From: Candidatus Limnocylindrales bacterium
GTDB lineage: Bacteria; Chloroflexota; Limnocylindria; Limnocylindrales; CSP1-4
NCBI GenBank assembly: GCA_038915165.1
Contig: JBCLDE010000001.1
Span: 6,234-70,233, forward strand
DNA: 64,000 nucleotides
Reading direction: 5' to 3'
Made by a program: the position numbers and the translations under genes
In this document: positions 19,301 to 27,085 of the stretch, piece after piece
Layout: every line of letters begins with the position of its first letter
Numbering within the stretch: position 1 is the stretch's first letter
The notes under the pieces: model-generated
The model's input: the letters and a program-made list of their open reading frames with translations, nothing else
What the model was told of the DNA's origin: nothing
Database searches by the model: none

Positions 19301-21797
19301 GCCGGCGGACCTTGGTCGGCACCCGCTCCCGGCGCCTGGCACCCGGGTCGTCTACGATCGGGCCAGCCAGCAGATCCACATCCTGGGGCTTGTGCCGGGC
19401 AGCTTGTCCGCGTCGCCGTCGGGCACGACGACAGCGCCTGGCTGGACCGTCTACGTCGTGGAACCGCACGGCAACGCCGTCTACGCTGACGCCCGCCTGC
19501 CCGACGGATTCGTGCCCAGCGCCTGGGCCGCGGACATCGAACCGGACTATCCGGCCGAGGATCGCCAGCGGCTGCTGGTCTTCGCGGGGGGTGGCGCATC
19601 GGCCTCGATCGACGTCGGGTCCCATGCCTTCGCGTGGCGGCTCCCCGGCGTCATCGCCGGTGCTCTGACGGCCGGGCTGCTCTACCTGCTCGCCCGGATC
19701 CTCTTCCGGCGCCGCCTGGTGGCCGGCCTGTTGGCGCTCTTCGTCCTCGCCGACGGGATGTTCTTCGTCCAGTCGCGGATCGGTATGAACGACGTCTACG
19801 TCGGGCTGTTCATCGTCGCCGCATACACGCTGTTCGCCGCTCTGTGGACGGGCTGGTGGCGGGGACGGGCCGCCTTCTGGCTGGCGATGCCGGTGATCGG
19901 CGTGCTGCTGGGCCTCGCCCTGGCCAGCAAGTGGGTGGCGGCCTACGCCATCGGCGCGCTCGTCCTGTTGATCCTGGTCCGCAGCGCGCTCGGACGGGTC
20001 CTGTCGATCATCGGCCTCATCGGTATCACCGGCGTCCTAGGCTACATGGCCATCAGCGTCCCGGAAGGGTCGGGGTTCGGGAACTTCACGTTCCTGCTTA
20101 TCATGGTCGCGCTCACCCTGATCGCCGTCGTCGTCGCGGTCGTCCACCCGATCGCCTGGACCGACGAGGAACTCCGCTTCGCGGTCGGCGCCCCGGTCGT
20201 CCTCGGGACGCTGGTCTTCTTCGGTGCCCTCGCTGCCGGCCGGCTCGACACCTCGATCGTGCTTGGGCCCGTCGCCGTCACGCCGCTGCTCGTGGCGATC
20301 GCCCTGGCCAGCGGGTCGCTCATCGTGGCCGGGCTGTTCTGGCTGGGCGGTCGGTTCGGCTTCGGGCCGCTGGCTGCGCCGCCCGGTCCCGACGATCCGA
20401 TGCGCCTGCTGGAGGCCCCCGGCGAGCCACCCGAGGGCTGGCTCCGGCCGGGCTGGCAGCTGGGCCTGCCGGTCGTGTTCGCTGCGCTGTGCCTCGTGGC
20501 GATCCCGATCGCCGTCTACGTCGCCACCTATATCCCGTGGGCGATGATCGAGAATCATCAGCTCGTGCCCGGCTGGCCGGTCGGCCACACCGGCCAGACC
20601 CTGGCTGACCTGACCGCCCAGATGTACCGCTACCACACCGGCCTGACCGCGGCCCACCCGGCGTCATCGCCCTGGTGGGCGTGGCCGCTGAACCTCAAGC
20701 CCGTCTGGTTCCATCAGGAGTCGCTCGGGGGCGGGACGACGGCCGCCCTGTACGACGCGGGCAACCTGGTCATCTGGTGGCTGGGCATCCCGGCCATGGC
20801 CTTCGTCGCGTGGATGGCGTTCAAGCGCCGGAGCCTTGCCCTGACCCTCATCGCGGTCGGTTTCGCGGCCCAATGGATCCCTTGGGCGCGGATCGATCGA
20901 GCGGCCTTCCAGTACCACTACTACACGGCTCTGCCGTTCGTGGTCCTGTCCCTTGCCTACTTCGCCGCCGAGCTGTGGCACGGCGCGTCCCGCCACACGT
21001 GGCAGTTGGCGCGCCTGGCCGGCGCGGCCGCGATCGTGGCCCCGGCCATCATGTGGCTACTGGACCGGCCGCTCTGCGCGTTCGTCGGGGTCGAGTCGGT
21101 CAATCCGGGTTCTCAGGCCTGTCCGGCCGTGATCCCGCAGTTCGTCCTGACCGCACGGTCCGCCGGGCTGGTCGGCGTCCTGGGGGTGGGCCTCGTCGTC
21201 ATCGTGCTGCGCTTTCTGGCGTTCGATTCGCGTGACCGTCATGCGACCGGCCGGAACCAGCTGACCGACGCGTTCCGCTCGCTGATCGGGACCGGCCTCG
21301 TCGTGGTCGCGGCGCTCGTCGTCGTGGCCTTCCTGCCCGACACGCCGATCCTCACCCTCACCAACGTGTCGGTGGAACCGATCGCGTTCCTCGGGGCCAT
21401 CCCGCTCGGCTATCTCGCGCTGCAGGTCATCGGCTCGCGCGACGCCCGCCGGTTCACGGTCGGCCTTGTCGTGGCCGCGGTCGGCTGGTTTGCCATCCTC
21501 TACCCGAATATCAGCGCTCTGCCGCTGCCGTCCGCCGTCGTCAACGCCTACCAGGGCATCCTGCCGACCCACCTGTACGCGTTCCAGTTCCCGATCAGCA
21601 CGGTCGATCGAAACAAGGAGATGCCGCTCCTGACGCCGATGCTGGGCGTCCTGCTTCTCGCGCTCGTCGCGACCTGCCTGGTCGTCGCCTACTCAGCCTG
21701 GGTCTGGCGACTGACGCTTGCCGAAGAGGCCGCCGCGGCGAGGGCCTCCGCGGCGTCGGACGAGACCGAGGGCCTGGCCCGGACCGGCGGCGCCTGA
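16368..21797 (+). CDS. giant (~1810-1834 aa) fusion of two GT-C glycosyltransferase modules; the second is PMT/GT39-like with a ~410-aa YVTN-beta-propeller-like insertion. Start uncertain (ORF from 16293)
   Basis: Module 1 (~16425..17800) carries FYERDFFHDYTPGYLYVLW...SVVWGQVDSVGVVFLLLGL...LIKPQLGILIP (Gpi18/ALG-like). An Ala/Pro linker follows. Module 2 begins near 18160 with HFDEVYHARTATEFL...YEWTHPHLAKY, with the DE motif at 18246..18251. The insert spans 18380..19620 (GAHGLAFVTGLADPRLYVTTG). The PMT core then resumes (AWRLPGVIAGAL...SRIGMNDVYV) and ends in a PMT C-terminal-like region (AAHPASSPWWAWPLNLKPVWF...AFQYHYYTALPF). Confidence 0.7.
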   Translation: MTGPASGGTEQGTRAPSRLTGTQGAVGAVLVVLALGLALRFIIAYLLPGSGFGVDLGAFRFWAHDLATNGPAGFYERDFFHDYTPGYLYVLWLVGIVGNVVGGVGDLIKVPAILADLAIGWLVWSMILELGGRRSLALGAALVAVANPISWFDSVVWGQVDSVGVVFLLLGLRELWRDRPERAAIFTVIAALIKPQLGILIPILALVTIRRAFWPVRDPVVAIQPESTAVAGIWARFLAWERRTDHPFRIVTTGLVALLTTVLLCLPFGLSVLEFSPEAPYLKSGLIAQIFATASGYPYLTVNAFNPWALLAGDTGYSLANAGLWVCDGPWGPDKCGSGVAFLGTIPAVLVGSLLMMIVTVVISFVAARRPDRLTILLSLTLLALAFYVVPTRVHERYAYPFFALAIMLAVIACRWRMAYLVLSVTILLNMYAVLTNPFYANPGISDWLGIGPLIRSEPGVAVIALINGAVFLWAFAQLRAGARNSLAKGLATEEARALAEDEPLAHRAGVVRDPPPPSPAVREATAAAADDHGSATAGSTGPAITAITAALPTWTPRPTYAEIGVLGWFKARLREAPIRPDRSAALRSERRGRLDRLDLWLLVVLVVAAMFLRTFRLAEPHQMHFDEVYHARTATEFLQAWRYGLSHDIYEWTHPHLAKYAMAGGLVLWGQDQAKATSDLGVSVKASVVEPRRDDPLSPGGRSGERLHVATGSEVRTYDLRTRRLVSVVQAAGASALAIDKTGNRLIVGNEAGQISTIDLSVLGSAGVDPGGEAFPLATVDHPVANLLVTADGASIVAASADRLSVVDLATGDVRGSLALPGIADLAPGGSGSALVARVDEASDPAALASTLAELLSGDASDYEARLAKGSPGSTVVLGSPGTGDARKALDTALADGRLPGVSIDDVARVAVATSEGVTFIDPARVSKVSTTTLSGGAHGLAFVTGLADPRLYVTTGADSDPGYQVIAVGGDSAKAGPADLGRHPLPAPGTRVVYDRASQQIHILGLVPGSLSASPSGTTTAPGWTVYVVEPHGNAVYADARLPDGFVPSAWAADIEPDYPAEDRQRLLVFAGGGASASIDVGSHAFAWRLPGVIAGALTAGLLYLLARILFRRRLVAGLLALFVLADGMFFVQSRIGMNDVYVGLFIVAAYTLFAALWTGWWRGRAAFWLAMPVIGVLLGLALASKWVAAYAIGALVLLILVRSALGRVLSIIGLIGITGVLGYMAISVPEGSGFGNFTFLLIMVALTLIAVVVAVVHPIAWTDEELRFAVGAPVVLGTLVFFGALAAGRLDTSIVLGPVAVTPLLVAIALASGSLIVAGLFWLGGRFGFGPLAAPPGPDDPMRLLEAPGEPPEGWLRPGWQLGLPVVFAALCLVAIPIAVYVATYIPWAMIENHQLVPGWPVGHTGQTLADLTAQMYRYHTGLTAAHPASSPWWAWPLNLKPVWFHQESLGGGTTAALYDAGNLVIWWLGIPAMAFVAWMAFKRRSLALTLIAVGFAAQWIPWARIDRAAFQYHYYTALPFVVLSLAYFAAELWHGASRHTWQLARLAGAAAIVAPAIMWLLDRPLCAFVGVESVNPGSQACPAVIPQFVLTARSAGLVGVLGVGLVVIVLRFLAFDSRDRHATGRNQLTDAFRSLIGTGLVVVAALVVVAFLPDTPILTLTNVSVEPIAFLGAIPLGYLALQVIGSRDARRFTVGLVVAAVGWFAILYPNISALPLPSAVVNAYQGILPTHLYAFQFPISTVDRNKEMPLLTPMLGVLLLALVATCLVVAYSAWVWRLTLAEEAAAARASAASDETEGLARTGGA

Positions 21798-22948
21798 GGG
21801 ATCGGCGCCCGGAAGTCGGTCGGCAGCGAACCGCTGGCGGCCAGCCGCCGGATGACGAAGCCGTAGTAGTCCTCCACCCTGGCGGTGACGCGCGGCCAGC
21901 TGAAGTCCTCGGCCCGAGCCCGTCCGGCCTCGCTCATCCTCGCCCGCAGCTCGGGCTCGGAGAGGAGGCGGCCGATCGCCTGGGCCAGCTCCTTGGGCTT
22001 GCGAGGCGGGACGAGCAGGCCTTCGCGACCGCGCCGGACGACCCCCTTGTAGCCGTGGATGTCCGAAGCCACGATGGGCGCTCCGGCGGCCATCGCCTCC
22101 AGCAGGACGATGCCGAACGATTCGCCACCGGTAGCCGGCGACGTGAACACATCGGCCGTCCGAAACAGCTGCGCTTTCTCCGCATCGGAGACCCGGCCAA
22201 GGAATTCGACCGCCTGGAGGCCGCGTGTCGCCACGTAGCGGCGCGCCTCGCGCTCCTGCGGCCCCGAACCAACGACCAGGAGCCGGTTGCCGTAGCCGGT
22301 CTTGCGCAGGATCCGATGCGCCTTCAGCAGGTCAAGCAGCCCCTTGCGCGGCTCGTGCCTGCCGACGAAGAGGACGTTCGGGGTGCCATCCTGCCAGCGC
22401 GCCACCGGGACCGCGCCGGCGAATCGCGGGATGTCGACGCCGTTGGGGATGACCTTGTAGTCGCCCGGAAAGAAGCGGTCGATGAAGTGGCGGGCCGCGG
22501 CGCTGACGGCGATCCGGCCGTGCAGTCGGGCAGCGTGGCCTCGCATCACGCGGCTGCCGATCTCGTAGGACGGGGAGAAGCCCGCGTAGGCATGGAACGT
22601 GGCGATGTTGACGCTGCGCGATTCGCGCAGCAGGAAGAGGGACAGGAACGGCACGAACGGCTCGTGGAAGTGGAGCACGTCGAAGCGCTCGCGGGCGATC
22701 ACGGCGCGGACCTGGCTGATGTAGCGCGGCGAGAACGTGAGCGTCCCGACGGAGCCGTTGGTCGGCATGCTGAAGCCGACGCCGATGCGCAGGACGTCGC
22801 CCTCGGAGGCGCGCTGCGGGCCGTGGCTGGCGGTGATGATCCGGACGTCATGGCCACGCAACCGCAGGTTCGCGTACAGGAACTGGATGTGCTGGGCGAC
22901 CCCGCCCGACTCGGGGTAGATGTACGGGCAGACCAGACCGATCTTCAT
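21689..22948 (-). CDS. pimA: GT4 glycosyltransferase, PimA-like (phosphatidylinositol alpha-mannosyltransferase type)
   Basis: The product reads MKIGLVCPYIYPESGGV...PTNGSVGTL...FDVLHFHEPFVP...ATFHAY...GRIAVSAAA...IPNGVDI...FVGRHEPRKG...GGESFGIVLLEAMAAGAPIVASD. This tracks mycobacterial PimA block by block. The ATGA overlap with the upstream PHP gene lies at 22945..22948. Confidence 0.8.
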   Translation of the reverse strand: MKIGLVCPYIYPESGGVAQHIQFLYANLRLRGHDVRIITASHGPQRASEGDVLRIGVGFSMPTNGSVGTLTFSPRYISQVRAVIARERFDVLHFHEPFVPFLSLFLLRESRSVNIATFHAYAGFSPSYEIGSRVMRGHAARLHGRIAVSAAARHFIDRFFPGDYKVIPNGVDIPRFAGAVPVARWQDGTPNVLFVGRHEPRKGLLDLLKAHRILRKTGYGNRLLVVGSGPQEREARRYVATRGLQAVEFLGRVSDAEKAQLFRTADVFTSPATGGESFGIVLLEAMAAGAPIVASDIHGYKGVVRRGREGLLVPPRKPKELAQAIGRLLSEPELRARMSEAGRARAEDFSWPRVTARVEDYYGFVIRRLAASGSLPTDFRAPIPQAPPVRARPSVSSDAAEALAAAASSASVSRQTQAE

Positions 22949-23790
22949 CGGGGTCCGCGCTCGCCGGAATCGAAGCGCGGCGGCCGTAGCCGTCCACCCG
23001 GATAGCCGTGGTCGCGGCCCGTGCCGTCGCGGCGCAGGCGACCAGCCACCTCCGCGCGGGCGTCTCGGCCTCGCTTGCGCAGCTGCTGGCCGAACGTGCC
23101 GAGCTGGCCGGCCAGCTCGTGGAACGAGCCGCCGTGATCGGTCGTGCGCCCGACGATGGCCCGGTGGAGGTCCGCCGCGTCGCTCCCCGGGAAGGTCGTC
23201 CAGCCAGTCCCGATGGCGTCGAGGGTATGCGCATCGCTGTTGCCCAGGCGAGCCAGACCGTGGACATCGGCGAACTGGACGACGCGGCGATGCCAGGGCC
23301 GCCCGAGGGCCGTCGGGTTGAACGTTTCGAGGCCGTCGGGGTGGACCGCCGGGTTCGGGTCGTCCAGGAGTCGACGCAGGACCCAACCCTGGGCGCACAG
23401 CGGGAACGGAACGAGCGGATGGGCCGGGATGGCCAGGCCGCCGGCGTCGTGGACCGCGAGGATCGTCTCGCGCAGCGAGCGCAGCGGACGGATGGGCCGC
23501 TCCACGAAGAGCGCCAGGAGGTGCCCGCCGAGCGTGGTGACCTCCTCGCCCACGACGACCTCGACACGCAGGCCGCGGTCGCGTGCCATGGATCGAGCCG
23601 CGAGCGCGGCATCGACCCGTCCGTGGTCCGCGATGGCGATGATGTTGAGGTCGGTCCGTCCCTCGACGTGGGTCAGGATGGCGTCGATGCTCGCGGTCCC
23701 ATCGCTGGCGAGCGTATGGATGTGGAGATCGGCACGGCCGCGTCGCTCGACGCCATCCGCCATGCCTTGGTGGGCCACCGGCTGCGTCAT
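22945..23790 (-). CDS. PHP-domain metal-dependent phosphoesterase
   Basis: RADLHIHTLASDGTASI (HxH motif), IIAIADHG, AIPAHP and LGNSDAHTL are typical PHP metal ligands. The gene is coupled by ATGA overlaps on both sides (23787..23790, 22945..22948). Confidence 0.8.
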   Translation of the reverse strand: MTQPVAHQGMADGVERRGRADLHIHTLASDGTASIDAILTHVEGRTDLNIIAIADHGRVDAALAARSMARDRGLRVEVVVGEEVTTLGGHLLALFVERPIRPLRSLRETILAVHDAGGLAIPAHPLVPFPLCAQGWVLRRLLDDPNPAVHPDGLETFNPTALGRPWHRRVVQFADVHGLARLGNSDAHTLDAIGTGWTTFPGSDAADLHRAIVGRTTDHGGSFHELAGQLGTFGQQLRKRGRDARAEVAGRLRRDGTGRDHGYPGGRLRPPRFDSGERGPR

Positions 23791-24785
23791 GCCGCGGCCT
23801 CCTGTTTGGCCCCGGCCTCCCGTGCTGCGTCGGCCTCGAGGTCCGGCCAGATCGGGAAGAAGACGGCCCACCATTGCTCCGGAGCGTCGGCGATGAGCTC
23901 CTCGAAGGCGGCGGCCAGGGCGGTCATCGTCGACGTGACACGCTCCCGTCGTGAGCCGTCTGCGGGGACGTCGATCGGGATGAGGCGGGCGCGGAAGCGG
24001 CCCTTGCCGGCGCGCCGGACGCCCATCGCGTAGGTCGGCACGCCACTTTCGACAGCGAGCATGGCGGGCCCCATGGGCAGCACGGACGGAGCGCCGAAGA
24101 GCGGGATGGGTGTTCCGCCGCCGGTCAGGTCCCGGTCGCCGACGAGGCCGACCGGGATGCCCTCGCGGAGTGCGGTCAGCAGGGCGCGACGCGCCTTGCG
24201 CAGGCCGACGAGGCGGATCCCGGCCACGCCGCGCGTCCGCTCGAAGTAGGCCTGCAGGCCCGGGTCGTCGATGGTCTCCATCGGCGTCACCGTGCTCCCG
24301 ACCCGAAAGGCGAGGAAGACGACGGCCAGCTCGAGGGAGCCGAAGTGCAGGCCGACGAACAGGACGGCCTTGCCCGGCACGACGGCCTGGGCGATGAGTT
24401 CCGGCGTATCGAGGATCAGTCGCTCGTCCACGAATCCGCGGGTGACTGCCGGCGTTCGGGCGACCTCGATGTAGTAGCGAGCGGCATGCCGGTAGGCGCT
24501 GCGGACCAGTCGCTCCAGGGCGACAGGGTCCGTGGCGGCCGCGCGAACGGCCGGGCTGCCACGCCCCGAGGCGTGCAGCGACTGGGCAACCCGGCGGAGG
24601 TTGCGGCGGGCCTGGGCCGCGCGGTCCGGGGTCGTCCGGTGCCACAGGTCGCCGGCCAGTTCGGCGGCTCGGAAGAGCGGGCCTTCCGGCAGTCGGCAAG
24701 CGAGCCAGGACGCCCCGATGAGCGCCCGGCCGCGAAGTCGCGAGCCGAGGCCCACGCGCCGGACGGTGTCGGCGCCGTCGCTCAC
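23787..24785 (-). CDS. lysophospholipid/lipid A-type acyltransferase (HtrB/LpxL family; PatA-like), copy 2
   Basis: It has the family layout: NLRRV...AYRHAARYYIEVAR...GKAVLFVGLHFGSLE...GLVGDRDLTGGG...FGAPSVLPMGPAMLA...PEQWW. The GTG start at 24785 overlaps the upstream stop (GTGA). Confidence 0.75.
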   Translation of the reverse strand: MSDGADTVRRVGLGSRLRGRALIGASWLACRLPEGPLFRAAELAGDLWHRTTPDRAAQARRNLRRVAQSLHASGRGSPAVRAAATDPVALERLVRSAYRHAARYYIEVARTPAVTRGFVDERLILDTPELIAQAVVPGKAVLFVGLHFGSLELAVVFLAFRVGSTVTPMETIDDPGLQAYFERTRGVAGIRLVGLRKARRALLTALREGIPVGLVGDRDLTGGGTPIPLFGAPSVLPMGPAMLAVESGVPTYAMGVRRAGKGRFRARLIPIDVPADGSRRERVTSTMTALAAAFEELIADAPEQWWAVFFPIWPDLEADAAREAGAKQEAAA

Positions 24786-25750
24786 GGGGCGTCGTCCACG
24801 TGTGTGCCGTGGCCGTCCTCGGATCCGAGCGCCGGGCCAGGGTCCCGCTGCCCGGCCTGCATCGTCCGTGCGCGCCGCTCGAGGTCCGCAGCCTCCTCGG
24901 CGGTCTCTGGCCAGATCGGCTTGAAGCTGTACCACTGCTCGGGGGCCGGCCGGATGGTGTCGGCCAGGGCGTCGGCGACCGCCTGGGTAGCCCGCTGGAG
25001 CTCAGCCGGATCCGAGGACGTGACTGTGATCGGATCCCCCCAGCCCACGTGGAGACGGCCGCCGGGCTGGCGGGTCGTCACGATCGGCAGGATGCGCGAG
25101 TGGGTCTTGGCCGCCAACGTCGCCGGTCCCGCGGGCAGCGTGGTCCATGCACCGAACAGCTGCACCGGGATGCCGTCACTGCGGTAGCCCCAGTCGACGA
25201 GAAGCCCCAGCATCTCGCGCCGTCGAAGGACCCCAAAGATCGCCCGCAGGTTGCGCCATGGGATGAGCGTCGCGTTCCACTGCTCGCGTTGGCGCTTGAG
25301 CAGGTCGAACAGTTCAGGGAACGATGAATCGTCAGCGACGACGCTGAGCGGCAGGCCGAGATCGGCGATCGCCGCCCCGATGACGTCGTTGTTGCCCACG
25401 TGGCCGACGGTCAGGATGAGTCCGCCATCCGATGATGCCCCCAGGATCCGCCGCGCCTCCGCACCATCGATGGGATCGACGAGTTTGACGATCTCGTCGG
25501 GCTGCATGAACGGCACACGCATGAGCTCGACGAGGTAGTCGCCATACGCTCGGTAGGCGCGCAGGGCCATGGCACGGACCCGGGGATCGCCCGGCGGCAG
25601 ACCCAGGACATGCCCGAAATTGCGGTTTGACCACGCACGTTTCGTCGGCCAGAGAAGATACGAGGCCTGGGCGCCAAGTCCCAACAGGGCTCCGGCCGGC
25701 CGAGCCGGCACGGTACGCAGGACCCATGCGGCGGCGCGGTAGGCCAGCAC
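24782..25750 (-). CDS. lysophospholipid/lipid A-type acyltransferase (HtrB/LpxL family; PatA-like), copy 1; start uncertain (GTG 25750)
   Basis: It has the same family layout: NFGHVLG...AYRAYGDYLVELMR...GGLILTVGHVGNNDV...GLLVDWGYRSDG...LFGAWTTLPAGPATLA...PEQWY. It is a paralog of the downstream gene. Confidence 0.7.
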   Translation of the reverse strand: MLAYRAAAWVLRTVPARPAGALLGLGAQASYLLWPTKRAWSNRNFGHVLGLPPGDPRVRAMALRAYRAYGDYLVELMRVPFMQPDEIVKLVDPIDGAEARRILGASSDGGLILTVGHVGNNDVIGAAIADLGLPLSVVADDSSFPELFDLLKRQREQWNATLIPWRNLRAIFGVLRRREMLGLLVDWGYRSDGIPVQLFGAWTTLPAGPATLAAKTHSRILPIVTTRQPGGRLHVGWGDPITVTSSDPAELQRATQAVADALADTIRPAPEQWYSFKPIWPETAEEAADLERRARTMQAGQRDPGPALGSEDGHGTHVDDAP

Positions 25751-25824
25751 GACGGACCGTTCCAGGATCCGTGATCGTGCCCCACCGCGCCGGTGCGGCG
25801 CCTCGAGTCGACGCTCGCTCGAGT

Positions 25825-27069
25825 TCACTTGGCGGCGGCTACCTTGGCCTTCGATCCGGCGAGCTTGCGCAGCGTGCGCTTGGGCGGTGCCTCCGTCCCG
25901 ACGAGGGTCTCGTTGTCTTCGCCCCGGATGAATGCCTCGACGCGGTTGAACGCGATGTCGTCGTGGATCTGGTGCGGCGGGCTCTTCATGAAGTAGCTCG
26001 ACGGGGCGACCAGCGTTCCGGCCAGGCCGCGGTCCAGGCCCAGCTTCAGGCAGCGGATGGCGTCGGTGATGACGCCGGCGCTGTTCGGGCTGTCCCAGAC
26101 CTCCAGCTTGAGCTCCACATTGAGCGGGACATCGCCGAAGGTCGTGCCCTCCATCCGGATGTAGCACCACTTGCGGTCCAGGAGCCACGGCACGTGGTCG
26201 CTTGGGCCGACATGGATGTCGTCGGGGTCGAGCTCATAGTCGAGCATGGACGTCACGGCGTTCGTCTTCGAGATCTTCTTCGACTCGAGGCGCTCGCGCT
26301 CCAGCATGTTGAGGAAGTCCGTGTTGCCGCCGAAGTTGAGCTGGTAGGTGCGGTCCAGGCGGACGCCGCGGTCCATGAACAGGCGAGTCAGGACGCGGTG
26401 GGTGATCGTTGCACCGACCTGGCTCTTGATGTCGTCGCCGATGACAGGCAGGCCGGCCTCTGCAAAGCGACGCTGCCAGTACGGCTCGCGACCGATGAAC
26501 ACCGGGATGGCGTTGATGAAGCCGACACCGGCTCGGAGCGCCTGCTCGACATACCACTTGGTCGCCTCTTCCGAACCGACTGGCAGGTACGAGACCATCA
26601 CATCGACTTCGCGCTCCTTGAGGATGCCCACGATGTCGGCCGTGGGGCCGGGCGCCTTCTCGATGATCTGGCTGAGGTACTTGCCCAGGCCGTCGTGGGT
26701 CATGCCGCGCTCGACGGTGACGCCGGTGTGGGCCACCTGCTGGAAGACGATCGTGTTGTTCGGCTTCGTGTAGATCGCCTCGGACAGGTCCTTGCCGACC
26801 TTGTTCTTGTCGATGTCGAACGCCGCCACGAACTCGATGTCGCGGACGTGGTATCCGCCCAGGTCGACATGCATCAGGCCCGGGACGAAGTCGTCCTTCT
26901 TGGCCTCCTCGTAGTAATAGCGACCCTGGACCAGACTGCTGGCGCAGTTGCCGACGCCGACGATCGCGACGCGGATCTTGCCGTCGCCACGGCGCCCGGC
27001 GCCCGCCCAGGTGTTGGTCGGCATCGCGCCGCTCTTGCCGCTCTTGCCGCTCTTGCCGTTGGTGCTCAC
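25825..27069 (-). CDS. ino1: myo-inositol-1-phosphate synthase (start GTG 27069 or ATG 27024)
   Basis: [60 protein letters not shown] and NILGNTDF-like [11 protein letters not shown] are all present. Confidence 0.9.
   Translation of the reverse strand: MSTNGKSGKSGKSGAMPTNTWAGAGRRGDGKIRVAIVGVGNCASSLVQGRYYYEEAKKDDFVPGLMHVDLGGYHVRDIEFVAAFDIDKNKVGKDLSEAIYTKPNNTIVFQQVAHTGVTVERGMTHDGLGKYLSQIIEKAPGPTADIVGILKEREVDVMVSYLPVGSEEATKWYVEQALRAGVGFINAIPVFIGREPYWQRRFAEAGLPVIGDDIKSQVGATITHRVLTRLFMDRGVRLDRTYQLNFGGNTDFLNMLERERLESKKISKTNAVTSMLDYELDPDDIHVGPSDHVPWLLDRKWCYIRMEGTTFGDVPLNVELKLEVWDSPNSAGVITDAIRCLKLGLDRGLAGTLVAPSSYFMKSPPHQIHDDIAFNRVEAFIRGEDNETLVGTEAPPKRTLRKLAGSKAKVAAAK
27028..27058. repeat. 9-bp tandem repeat gccgctctt x3 (+ partial) at the 5' end of ino1
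   Basis: Read directly from the sequence. It encodes (GKS)3 if translation starts at GTG 27069. Otherwise it abuts ATG 27024 as 5' leader. Confidence 0.9.
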
Positions 27070-27085
27070 GTCGGTCTCTGTACTC

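Noticed and set aside
22949-23398. Upstream extension of the pimA-like ORF, and similar extensions at 23791..24699, 24786..24935, 25751..26188, 13232..14311 and 31922..32242
   Set aside because: Each extension is Arg/Pro-rich and overlaps the 3' end of the preceding, well-supported gene. Family homology starts at the internal start codons, which form 4-nt stop/start overlaps.
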